Notes: generated by a model not told the origin, from the letters alone. Numbered from the whole stretch's first letter, positions 40,425 through 53,939 are shown. The stretch is DNA of 63,912 nucleotides, filler included, from Conidiobolus incongruus B7586 (GCA_000697335.1; 11 parts of 11 records of this genome joined end to end with filler, not necessarily neighbours in it); one strand, 5' to 3'. Translations and numbers: made by a program.

Positions 40425-41026
40425 TTCAAATCAAATTATTTTAATTTATTAATGTATATATTTGTGTTAAGAGTTTAAATTGCAATATAAATATATATTT
40501 GAATATATATCCATTTCTATTTGTTAAATTTTATAAGCATAGTTATTTTCATAGTATTAATATAGCTGTGCTTTAATGATGAGAAATTTAAGGAATAATT
40601 GATTATTATCAATATTGAATCAAAATAAATGAATATTCTTTCAAATATCAACCCATTACAAAATGACTCGATAATTTTATCCAATCAAATTTATACACTA
40701 TTCATTATACCTGGTTTTAAATTTAGATCCAATTTATAAAGAGTTTGGAGTTTTTGAACAAATAACTTGTTGAAAGGAATAATTATTTGTGTAATTTAAT
40801 TTTAAAAATTTTGAAACATTGTGAAAAATGATTGAAATCAGTTTTTCTTATTAAAATATATATATCATTCAAAATATATAAAAATTAATTTATTATTATT
40901 TATTATAATATATATCATTTTTTATATATATTTTATAAATCATATTTAATAAATATTCTATCTTATCTTAACATATTAAATCAACTAAGTTATTAATACC
41001 TTAATAAAAAATAATATAAAAAATAA

Positions 41027-41126
41027 NNNNNNNNNNNNNNNNNNNNNNNNNNNNNNNNNNNNNNNNNNNNTTAATTAATTAANNNNNNNNNNNNNNNNNN
41101 NNNNNNNNNNNNNNNNNNNNNNNNNN
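41027..41126. other. Artificial contig spacer
   Basis: N44-TTAATTAATTAA-N44. Confidence 0.98.
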
Positions 41127-44100
41127 TATAATATATATTAAATATTTTTGATTAAAAAAATCTTTATATTGATTTTAGTTTTTTTTTATTATTGATTAAT
41201 TATATTTTCTAGTTATAAATTAAGTTTTTAAAATTCAATTTTAATTTATTAAAATAATATTTATAATAAATTTATAAAAATATTTGAATTATTATAAATA
41301 TTTATATAAAGGGTATTATATAAGGTTAGTAAAATACTACGGTTAATTAGATATTATATCTTTTTTTAACTAATTCCTAAGCATTAAAAGATAAGTCAAT
41401 GATATTTATAAAATTACAATATTTATAATATCACCGAATATTATAATAAAAAAATATATCAATAAGAGTAAAATTTTAATTTTAAAACATTATATAATAT
41501 ATTAACTAAAATATAGCTTAAATGCTATATTTATTTAATAATTTTATAAATTTTGAAGTAAATAACATAGTTATCATTTAAATTCCAACTATTATATTTG
41601 AAATTCTGATTTTAATTTGTTAAAATAACAAAATACTCAAATTTCAATATAAAATAAATTCTTTTTTTATATTTTATTATATTTAAATTTAATCCTGGTT
41701 TTATTGATTTAAATTAATAATATTTAAAATTTATATCAAAAAATATAAAATAATAAATTATTAACTTATTAATAAATAGAATTATATTATATTATTAACC
41801 AATTTAATAATAACAATTTTTATTATAATAAATCCAAAGCCTAAATATATAAAAAAAGAAAATTATAACTTAGACAAATATTTTAATTTAAGTTTCTAAT
41901 AATATATTCCATTTCTTTAATATTTCACATAAAGGAATATGACCAAACCAATGCTATTATATTTAAAATTTGTCTAATCTTTTTTATTATATTTTAATCA
42001 AATTATCATCATTCAAATATAATCTATTATATCTTATTTTGATAAATATTTTCTTTTTAATAAATAATAAGGTAATTTTACTTTCTATTTATATTTTGAA
42101 TTAATTTAATAAATTTTTATTATTTTAATTATATTTAATCCTATTTTATAATTATTTTATTATATTATTAAAATTTTTATTTGATTTTATCAAAATATTC
42201 TAATATTAATATATCCTGTATTAAATTTTATAAATTAATTTATTAATTTTGCCTTTTTAAGTTAAAGGATTTTATTTTAAAGTCTACTTATCAAAGGATT
42301 ATAATAAAATAACATAGCAAATCTCCTCTCTCTTTATTATTCTAGGTTTTGAATTAGTTTTTTTAGTGAATTATATAGGGCGTTGTTAAAGTTTACAAAG
42401 GGATTAAAAAAATAAAAGAAGGAAAAATAGTACTTTTAAATTATAAATAAATAAAACTAATTTAAATCTCCAATATTTTCAATTAATTATTAAATAAAAA
42501 CAAACAAATACTTTTAAAATATAATAGTAATATTCATGATTACTATGAACCATATCCATATTAGTATAGAATATTTTAATATCAAATTAAACTTTGAATT
42601 ATATATAGTGAATTATTATTTTATATATTTTTATATATTTATAGTAAAATTTATGAAGATTATAATTTAGAGAATCTAATTTTAATAAATGGATATCATA
42701 AGCTTAACATTATTAACAGAATTATATATATTATTTAATATTCTAATCTAAAATAATCCTTTATTAATTATATTATATATATATTAGAATTTAATATATT
42801 TCTCTGTTTCGCATATAAATCAAGATATTATATAAAATATTTAATAAATCACAGGATTGATACTTATAATTTGTGTTTGTTATTTTATATTTAAAAAGAC
42901 TAATTATTCAACCATTTTAGATTAAAAAAAATATATTTTTTACTATATATTATTAAAGATAAAATTGATTGAACTTTTATGGTTTACCAGTTCCTTGTTT
43001 TCTGTTTTAGCTGCTTTGAACTCAAAGTAATAATGGATAGATAGGGTACATTACGATTGTGAGGGGTTTCGCTTCCTTGAGAATGATATTGCATTCCTAG
43101 CCAGCAAACCAGGAATATATGGATAGAGGATTTAATACAAGATATAATATATATTTTAGATCTATTTGAGATCGCTTATTTTAACTCTATTCAAGCTATT
43201 ATCAATTTATAATTAAATTTTATTCCCAAACCTATAAGTTTTTGAATCTTTAATCAATGTTTGAAAATAATCAATATTTAAATTTTAATAATTATATATA
43301 TAAATACTATAATCATATTTCAGCATAAGAGTTTTCTCTTATTGTATATTTACACATTAGAAAATATTATTTCTTATTCATTCTTTCAAATATGTTAATA
43401 AAATACATAAAATGAAAAAAAGGTATAATATAATATTTTTTACCTTTATATTCAATTATATAAAATTAAAATATTCTTATATTCAAATTAACATAAAAAT
43501 CATTGAATTCTATTACAATTAATATTTTAGTATACAAAAATTAAAAATTAGAGATATTATATTATCAATAGCTAATATTGAATCAATCTCTAAATTTTAA
43601 TGAAAAATCTTTGTTTTATTTAAATTTCAATTTGATTATATTTCCACCTTTTAAAGATTAAAAATATTAACATAACAAAGTATATATTAATGATAAAAAA
43701 CCTTAATTCATATTTTTTAATAGTATAAATATAAATAATAAATAAATTACAATTTATGTTAAAATAAATATAGGATTTTTTACTAAATTTTTAAATTGCT
43801 TTTAATTCCTTAACCCTAATTCTAAATTTTGTATTTAATTTATTAAAATTTGTTCTTAATGATATATGTTGAATTCAATTGAATTAATCATCTGATTGTT
43901 AATAAAACCAGTATAATCCTACTCCTCTTAGCTTATAGTCAACTGACCAATAATAAATATATTAAAAAGGAATATATTTAAAACAATAAGTGAATGATAT
44001 ATAAAAATACTTTAGGTCTATGCAATTGTGCTATGCTATATTATTTTGTTGGAAATTAGGATATAATCTAAGAGAAGTAATTTAATAAAATTTCCAATAA

Positions 44101-44501
44101 AATTATAAAATAATTAAAAATATAAATTATTTTCCTTCATATTAAATAATGATATTAATTGTATAACTGCATATATAATTATGGTATAATATTTTACTAC
44201 TTGTAATGACAAATATATCAATTACTTCAAATATAAAAAAATTTAATCCACTCAAAATTATGAATAAATTACTTTGCGCTGACTACTTTCGCTACTCGTA
44301 GTCCAAAGCAGGATTGAATGGTCATCATTTGTGTTATAGTCTTATTCATAATTTTTCTGGTAAACCAGAAATGTCTCGTCAAAAGTTGGAAAAAAGGGGA
44401 TAAACTATTTAGCTTTTTTGAATTTATTTAAAATAATTACTATACTAATATTTTCAAGCTATTATTATGTTATTACCACTTTCATTCTATATTTTAAATA
44501 C

Positions 44502-44851
44502 TATTGACGACCGTAATTGTGAGAGGAGATAGGCTTTTAGAGCTTAAACAGGAATCACAAGTGGTAAACGATAGATTACCACAGAATTAAGGGAAATTAA
44601 GGGGGTTCACCAAATGAGGTGAAAGTGGCTTACTGCGAATAAAGTAAATGCTCAATACCTTTGTGATGGTTACAAGAAAAATTCAGAGACTGGACACTTT
44701 TGAAATGAACCTAAAAGAGAAGTACCTATTAGTTCGTTCGTAATAATGTTATATTAGAATTCAGGAAATGGGAGTTCCCCAATGTGACTTCTCGATTCAG
44801 TGTGGAAATCGCAGTTTCTTGAGTGATTGACAGGATTATTTCCTATCACTA
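44502..44851 (+). repeat. Dispersed repeat family A, copy 2 (most GC-rich copy, shorter internally)
   Basis: Homologous to 10530-10970 (direct) and 52929-53354 (inverted); imperfect terminal inverted repeat TATTGA...TCACTA. Confidence 0.85.
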
Positions 44852-45417
44852 TTAATTTGCTATTATATTTTCACAATTGCTTTATTACTTATAATCTAAT
44901 TGATCCTCCCATTCTTGGCTGTATTATTGATAATTCTAAACCAATTTAAATACTTTTACATTATTGTAGCATTATAATTAATCATAAACAAGTGACTATA
45001 AACATGACTTGAATTGGCTACTTAAAAAATTAAAATCATATATCTTTAATATATTTTAAATCCAGAAGTGAAAACTTTTAAACACTAATTACAAATATAA
45101 TTATATTACTTAAAAGAATATTTGAATGATAAAACTCTATAATATTATAACCAATTATAATAATTTATTATTAAATTAAAAATTTAAAAAAAATAATTTT
45201 CATTTAAAATTTCAATTTAATATAATTTTCATTAAATTTTAAGGGTAAAATAATTTGATAATTGAAGATTATTCAGGATACAAAATTAATTGTATTAAAT
45301 TAAATTCAGGATCAATCCTTATTTTTAGTCTAGTTTTTGATATAAAAGTAGGTAATTGGAATGTATAGTTTTATAAATTAGGATATTTTTTATTCATTTT
45401 CTATTAAATTATTTATA

Positions 45418-45654
45418 ATGAAATTAATTCACTCATTATCTTTGTTTAGTTGGATTTCTATCACGGTTGCAGCTCCATGGTCTTTTACTGATGTAGGAAG
45501 AGAATTTGATGGTTTTATGGGCAGAGCTAAAGGATTCGTTACCGATATGGCTACAAATGGACCTAGTTCTTTTTTGGGATATAAACCCAGCACTCTATCT
45601 GCACCCAGTTATTATACTTATGGCTTAATTTATCCTGTAACAGGCCCCAATTGA
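45418..45654 (+). CDS. Small secreted cysteine-free protein (78 aa), unknown function
   Basis: Signal-peptide-like MKLIHSLSLFSWISITVA-AP; a GC-richer island in AT-rich DNA; TATAAAAG at 45341. Confidence 0.75.
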   Translation: MKLIHSLSLFSWISITVAAPWSFTDVGREFDGFMGRAKGFVTDMATNGPSSFLGYKPSTLSAPSYYTYGLIYPVTGPN

Positions 45655-46321
45655 GATAATTCAAAATATTCTTGCAAATAACTATTACTCTTACTAGTTA
45701 TTCAAAATATATTTTATTCATTATTTAAATTATTAATAAGTAATTATTTTATCAATTTTATTTTTACAATTTGACCTTAAAATTGAGGTAAAAGTTGAGT
45801 GTATCAGTAAATTCATTTTGTAATTACTATATCAAACATTAATTAAATTTATTTCGTAACAGAAAAAGATTAACTTATTCAACAATATTAGATTATTATA
45901 AATATAATCTTATTAAATCCAATTAAATTAATTAATTATGATACTTATAAACTACAATTTCTTACTATATTTCTGAATTTGTAGATTTTTAGAGGTTATT
46001 ATAATGTAAAAAAATTTTATATTATAAAGACTATAATAAACAAATATATAAAGTATATAGATATAATAATCTTATATAATATCAATATTCCATTAACTAT
46101 TTAAATTATTATATTTTTAGATTGTGGTTCATCTTATTTATTTATAAAAAAAATTATATTATTAAATTCTTTGTTGAAAGAAGTATATTTTAAACTTATG
46201 TCATATAAAATCAAACTAAAGTTATATATATATTTATTATTTAACATATAATTTTATTAAGTTTTATCATTTAATTGATAAAATCATATATTTATCATAA
46301 TAATTATACTATAAATAGTTT

Positions 46322-46421
46322 NNNNNNNNNNNNNNNNNNNNNNNNNNNNNNNNNNNNNNNNNNNNTTAATTAATTAANNNNNNNNNNNNNNNNNNNNNNN
46401 NNNNNNNNNNNNNNNNNNNNN
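46322..46421. other. Artificial contig spacer
   Basis: N44-TTAATTAATTAA-N44. Confidence 0.98.
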
Positions 46422-47961
46422 TAAATTATAATTTAATAATATTGATCTTTTTTTAATAAATAATAATTTTTTATTTTAATATAGATAATTTAGTAAGTTC
46501 TTAGTATTTAGCTTTTATATTGAATGATTTTAAATATAAACTTAGTTAAAAGATATTAGATATAAAAATTATCTATCATAAATATATATCAAAAGATATA
46601 ATATTTGTTAGACTAATAAATTAGAGTTATATAAAATACAATAAGTTTTATTTTATAATTTTTGATAAATATTTTTAAAATCAAGATCACCATATATTAT
46701 AGAGTATTAAGTAAAAACCATTTTAAAGGATACATATTAGTATTCTATATATTATTATATTATAAAATATTAATATATAAATTCTTTTATCAAATTAAAA
46801 TATAAATTTAAACTATATATTTATTTGGTGTTTTAAAATTATATGATTTAATATTAATCCTTATAATATTTAAATATAAATTTTTGTGAAAAATATAAAT
46901 ACCTTTTGGAATTATAATATCATTATAACTTTGTTCAAAATATTCAAATAATCGATTAAAACTAAAATGAATTATAATAATTATCTTTTAAGCTTTACAA
47001 AAATTAGGATAGAATTTTAAAAAAATATTAATTTTTTGAAAATTAAGCTTTTGCCATATATTTTTTAAATTGTAAAATTTTATCAAATAGTTTATTTAAC
47101 TAATAGTCATTGATTAAATCAAACCTTATTAATAATATGATAGTTTCTAAAGCTAAAAATATAATTAATTAAATTCGAATAATTTTAATAGTTTTAATAA
47201 TTGTAATAAATTGAATAATCCAAGTCATAAATTATTGAATATGGATTTTCTAATAAAAAAATGAAATAAATTTAATATCCTATTTAAATTATATTGAATC
47301 AAAATTTAATTCAAATATTAAATATATAATTATGATATTTTTATATATTAATCAATATATCTTGATATAATTTGAGATTTCAAACTAAATTAAAACTAAT
47401 CACAAAATTAAATAAATGAATTATTTAAATAATTATATAATATCCTTTAACTGATTATAGATAACTTAAAAATTCATTATATCATATAATAAATTTGAAA
47501 ACTTTGTATATTATTTTATATAATAAATTTGACAAAAATCAACATTATTATCAAACTCTCAATTCAACATCAAACATAAATTTTATGAGAAAACTTTATA
47601 AGCAATATTTTTATATATAGTATAATATAATAATTGATTAATATTATCTTAATTAATATCCAATATAATATAATCATAATATAATATTTTACACTTTTTC
47701 ATTTTCAATAATATTTGTAATTAATTTTTGATATATATTAATACTGCAACAATTAAAAATAAGCTTAATTATTATAGAGAATTAATATTATTAACAAATT
47801 ATATTATTAAAAATATGGGATCTATAAACTCCATCTACTTCTAACCAATTATTAAAAGATCACATTCAACCAACGATCAACACTAATTAAGAAATCCACC
47901 AATAAATAAACCATAATCGTGGGATAATAATATTCCAAGTTCATGCCATACCTAAAGGGTA

Positions 47962-48348
47962 AATTAACAAATCCAAAAAATCAAACTCATTCTTAAAATT
48001 TTCCACGAAATCTTTCACTACCTTAATATCTCCCAAATCTCAAATTTTGACTAGATATATTGATTCCCACTGGTTTTTTAATCTCTTCAACAGTCATGAA
48101 TTTACCTTTGCTGCGAATTGCAATAATGATTTTTCCATTCATTTTTGAAAGATGAATAGCGGTGTGGTAGCCAATACTTGTTATTTTGAACTATGGTCAG
48201 TTTTAGTATCTTAGAATATTCAATTTTTAGTAGATACATACCTTCATTATCACCTGTGATCAAAACTGTACAGGCAATCAATTTTTTTGGTTTTATTTAA
48301 CTTTGCATATGAATATTTAAGAAGTTTTACAGACAACAACGAACCCAT
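47962..48348 (-). pseudogene. Truncated, frameshifted duplicate of the SDR gene at 51104-52162
   Basis: Fragments MGSLLSV, TVLITGDNEG, retained intron 1 with damaged acceptor, IGYHTAIHLSKMN and DLGDIKVVKDFVENFKNEFDFLDLLI. Frameshifts are present and homology ends before NNAG. Confidence 0.9.
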
Positions 48349-51103
48349 TGTGAAAAAATTTTTGTTACTAAAATCTTTATTTCCATTTTGACATCAGATA
48401 TAATTCATTTATACTTCAATATGATTCATTATAAATTTAATTTTTTTTATAATTTTGAAAATCAAATGAATTTGTTTTCTTCTTTGGGATATAAATCTTC
48501 CTAATAAATTTCAAATTAAGCTCATTTTACTAATTTTGTTTTATAAGGAGGCAGCACTTATTAATTTTTTCTTTTTCATCTAACTCTAAAATTGTTCTAA
48601 TATGTTCTAATTTCCATGTTGCAGCCACTGTAAAATCTGAACTCACTAGCATTATCTATGAATTCATTAGATTATTTCAAACTAATATTTTGTTTTGAGT
48701 TAGCCACCATACTCTTTCAATTTTAACTCAAACTATATTAAATTTTTGTAATTGTTGATGTGGTCAATTGGTTTAATAAGTTAATTTATTTTGGCTAGTT
48801 CAAAAATAATTGAACAATGATGTCACTTATGTATGTCAATATTATATAGATCCTATACACAAACTTTATTCATCTCAAACATAGTACAATTGATCAAAGA
48901 CTAATGCTTCAATATCAGCATATTGTAAAATATTTTATTTTTCAATCTTCATTCTTTCATATATACTTTTTTCTTAACTGACAATATCATCAAATGAGTT
49001 TAATAATTTTGTTTGTTATAATTCAAATTCATATTTCAATTAACTATTGTTCTCAAAATATGTTCATCATAGAATATTTGATCTATATTAAATTATTATT
49101 ACTCATTGAATTTTAATATGCTATAAATAATCACATTAAAACCTGAAACTTTAATTTTATTGTCCCATATAAATGTTCTTTCGCAAATAACGATTACGAA
49201 TTTTATTGTCTGAATTTAATTATTTTCCTTATTCTGTTACTTTATTAGATTTAATTTTCTATTAGTTCTTTTTTCTCAAAAATCATCACCTTAATGAATA
49301 ATAGATTTGAAAATTATTAGAGCTACTATTTTTTCATAATATTGTTTATTCATTTTTTCAAATGTTATATATTTTTAATAATGAGTTCCATCTTTGTTGA
49401 TAAACATAGTCTCAATATTTTGGTTTAATTTATTTAGTAATGCAATACCGCATTTTTTGTTAATCATTATTTATTGATTAAATAACTGTATTTTGATACT
49501 GCTGATACTTTTATAGTTCATATTAAATTCGAAATATCTCTATATACTCGTAATGTATTTTTTATATTCTGTTTATTATATCACAAGTAACTTTGTATAA
49601 ATTTAAATTTTATAATAATCAAATTTAATTTGTAAATATATTTATATTGTGAAAATATAATTACCATTGATCCATATATATTTTTTATTGAATGTTATAC
49701 AATAATATATAGTTAATAATCTAGTTTATATTATGATAACTAAGATTTGAAACATAAAATATAATTTATCAATTTTCCACGTAAAATTAGATTGAAGATT
49801 TTTGAACATTTATACATCAATTATATGTTATATAAATTAACAATATGACTATTAATATGAACACAATCTGTTGAAATAATTTGTACAATTCTATTCTCCG
49901 TACAAGAATTCCTATAATAACATTCATTTCATTCTTAATAATATAAAATAATGATAAAGTAAATTTTTAAATATATATAAATTCAATTTAATTAACAATA
50001 GAACCAGAGTATTTTTATCACTTCATAAAAACTGTTCAGTAGTACAAAATTGTTTAATATACTACTATTTATATATTTCAGAGTTAATATGAAGAATAAC
50101 ATTCAAAACATTTATAATGATATCAATTGTCATTATCAACAATTATAAAAATATAATAGTAATTTACTAGAATATATTTTAATTTGAAGAATTATATGCG
50201 TATCGTATACTTCGAACTATGTTTCAATTAAAACAACTTTAATATAATTTGACAAACATTTTATAAAGTCTGATTAAATATTTTGAAATAATTGAAATTT
50301 AAATAATAATAAAAAACTTTATGTAACATTTAAGAGTTTCTCTCATTAATGTATTATAGTGTTTCGAATTTAGCTATTCATGGCTTTAAAGATAATATAT
50401 AGCAGATAAAGTTTAAATCATATTTTCATATCTCTTGTTAAATTTTGGTCCTTAAATATAATATTGAAAATACTTGGTAAAGTTAAAAATTACAGGTTTC
50501 AAGGTAAAATTCACAATGAAATATATCTCTATTTGAAAACAAATATGGCACAGCATTATAATTAAATTAAATTATTTAGAAAATACTACAATTATTTCAA
50601 ACTCAGTGCTAGATTGATGAGAACATCGCTTATTTCTTCATATTAATTATCAATTTATCAAATATATTTTATATTTAACCCGCCAATCATTTTTGTTATA
50701 CATTATTTAATGTTTGAATTACACCATTGAAGTAACTAATAGTCATTGAGAATTTTGTAACATGATTGAATTATGCCATCTCAAATATTGGGAATATTTT
50801 TTAATTTATTAAGTCATAAAAATAAAAAAATTAAATATGTCCCGATTACTATTGGAAAACATAAAGAAAATTTGCCAAATTCTTGAATATAAATTATATT
50901 AATACAATGAATCTAATAATTTGCTTGACTTAAACTTCACATATAACCAATGAAAAAAATAAATTTTCTACAACCATATTAAATTGTAATTGAATATATT
51001 TAGTAATCCAAAGGTAATATTGAAATAGTAATGAAATATTGATCATAATGCTTGCATATAAACCTCATTCTTTAAATATGATATAAGGTTATGACTTAAT
51101 GGA

Positions 51104-52162
51104 TTAGACAATGTTACGATCGATACCAACCAAATCTGCACTGAGTTCCCAGAGCTCCTTGGCCAGTTTCATATCCTTGCCTTGAGGCTGAACTTCACCG
51201 ACTTTACAAGCGTCATAATACTCACCACTAACTATAGATTCGTCGACAGCTGCATACACAGTGGTCATAGCACCTTGATCACCATTCCTAGCGAATAGTT
51301 TGAGCATAATAGACCTCAAGGATTTATAAACATATTTGATAATTGGATTGGTAAAATTATCTACCCCAATATTGGACTGGACTATTCCTGGATGAACCGC
51401 AGCAACAATGATATTCTTATCCGATAGACGCTTTGCTAACTCCTTGGTGAATAACACGTTCATTAGTTTGGACTTTGCATACTCTTTAAAGTAATGATAA
51501 GTTTTGGGATTAGGATGTAGATCTTGTGGCAATCCAATATTATGGTAAATATGTACTAAAGACTGTATTAATATCATTAAAATGATTAATTGATATAAAT
51601 TAGCTTACCTATACTTGATAGATTAATTATTCTTGGGTTATGACCTTTATAAATTATAGGCAATAATCCTAAAGTGAGAATAAAAGGCCCCAAATGATTG
51701 ATATGAATAGTTCTTTCCAAACCGTCATTTGTTTCACCATAATTCATAAAAAGTGCACCTGCATTATTAATTAATAAATCAAGAGAATCGAAATCGCGCT
51801 TAAAATCTTCGACGAAATCTTTAACTCCCTTTATATCACCCAAATCCAAGAGTCTATATTCGATATTTTGATTACCAGTTATTCTCTTAATCTCTGCTAC
51901 AGCTTTGACTGATTTGTCTCTATTACGACTTGCAATAATAATCCTTGGATTCATTTTTGCAAGATGAATAGCAGTGTGGTAACCAATACCTATTATTTTG
52001 AATTATGGTCAGCTTTAATATTTTAGAATATTTAATTATATGCAGATATATACCTTCATTACCACCAGTAATCAAAACTGTACGTCCGGTCAAATCTTTA
52101 GGTTCCACATCAAACTTCATCCATGCACGCTTGATATTATTTACAGAAACTATAGCACCCAT
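51104..52162 (-). CDS. Short-chain dehydrogenase/reductase, retinol-dehydrogenase/WWOX-like, 3 exons
   Basis: Exons 52162-52054, 51989-51609, 51555-51104. Motifs TGGNEGIG, LINNAG, NHLGPF, RIINLSS, catalytic YAKSK, VHPGIV, SGEYY, LWELS. Confidence 0.95.
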
Positions 52163-52308
52163 TTTGATCTAGTTTTCAACTTTATATTTTCCTTTTCAAA
52201 AATTTATGTTGATTTTATGGTTTATCGATGTCAATTTATACTATAGTTTGATTCAAATGCATTTAATATCTTTCATTTTGCATATAATTAAAATTGTTAT
52301 TTGTAAAA

Positions 52309-52595
52309 TCGGACAAATTAATTCTTAATCCCAAAAATTACAAATTCCCTCTTTAGTCCATTGAATAAAAAAATTAAATAATCTAATTATTAATGGAAAA
52401 TTGGCTTAATCGGATAATGAAATTCTGTAGCACTTTTGGTCGGATTTTTGTTCCGAGGACAGAGTATTCTTACTAATTTAATATATATTAGGAAATGAAG
52501 TTCATTCTAATAGCTTAAATTAAAAACCAATACATTAATTGTTCGGAATCAAAGAAAAATGATGGGATATATAAAAATTTTGTAACATGACGTCA
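52309..52595. promoter_or_regulatory. Cluster of TCGGA half-sites and a TGACGTCA (CRE/ATF) palindrome upstream of the SDR gene
   Basis: TCGGA at 52309, 52410, 52440 and 52543; TCCGA at 52452; TGACGTCA at 52588-52595; all in very AT-rich DNA 150-430 nt upstream of the ATG. Confidence 0.5.
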
Positions 52596-52928
52596 AAATG
52601 AATTTTAATTATTAGATAGTTCAAAATACTCTATAACTATCAAGTTTATCATATGACACTTTTAATACAATGTTTTCCAATATGATCATAAATTTTTAAA
52701 ACTTTATTAATTATTAATGAAACTACATATTATCAACCCTCTTAATAAACTAGAATGAAATCATTAGTATAATATATGATAGTAACAAATATACCATAAT
52801 TGATTATAAAATATAGTAATTAGAGTTTAGCTTAATATATTCCTTGAATTGCTGTGTTTTATAATATGTTTTTTAAATAAATATTGTTATTTGAAAAGCA
52901 CTCATAACCTAATAAATTATTCATTAAT

Positions 52929-53354
52929 TAGTGGGAAATAATCTTGTCCATCACTTAAGAAACTCTGGTTATTACCCTGATACAAAGAGATATTAGAAAT
53001 ACCTTATTTCATGAATTGGCTAAGTTTTTTATTTTCTCCTGTAAGGTATTTATATTCATAATTGAAACTATTATAAGATCATTATAAGCAAACTAATAAA
53101 CATATCTTTCTATCTTTATTTTCAAAAGTATCGAGTCTCTACGTTTTTCTTAAAAAATTCATAAAAATAACGAGTTATAATAAGTGTAAGTTATTTACTT
53201 TATTTGAAGAATCTGATTTATAATAAGTTAATTTCACCTAATTTAATGAACCTCTTTAATTTATCTTAATTTTGTGGTAATCTATTGTTTATCACTAGTG
53301 ATTCTTTACTTAAGCTTTAAAAGTCTATTTCCTCCCACTTTTATGGATGTTATA
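52929..53354 (-). repeat. Dispersed repeat family A, copy 3 (inverted)
   Basis: ggaaataatcttgtccatcacttaagaaact and tgtggtaatctattgtttatcactagtgattc match the reverse complement of the two ends of 44502-44851. Confidence 0.85.
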
Positions 53355-53839
53355 TCTTATTCCTTAATATATCATTATTATATATTTTAAAACTAATTTA
53401 TTTTTTAAATATTATTAAAAAACATTCAAAAAAGCTCTTTTTATCATTTTATCATTTTTGGGTTTAAATTGTTAATTCTATAAATAATATAAATTATATA
53501 TTAAATTTAATAATAAAATTAAAATAAAAGAATAACTTTTAATTATAGACTCACAAAGCCTTTATAAATAAGAGATAATATTAAATTAATTATTTAATCA
53601 AAGCAAACAAGTATTGCAAAATATGACAATATTATTAATAGTTTTATTAATTATTACTTGATTTAATAATAAAATTTAAAATATTTAAATAATTTAATAA
53701 TTCCTATAATTATATATTTCTTTTCAAATATTTTTGTGAATTAATAATTATATTATTACTTTGAAATTTAAATAATAAAAATACTTTATAAAATAAAATA
53801 GATTAATATTCTGATATTTAATATATAAAAATAATAATT

Positions 53840-53939
53840 NNNNNNNNNNNNNNNNNNNNNNNNNNNNNNNNNNNNNNNNNNNNTTAATTAATTAANNNNN
53901 NNNNNNNNNNNNNNNNNNNNNNNNNNNNNNNNNNNNNNN
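53840..53939. other. Artificial contig spacer
   Basis: N44-TTAATTAATTAA-N44. Confidence 0.98.
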
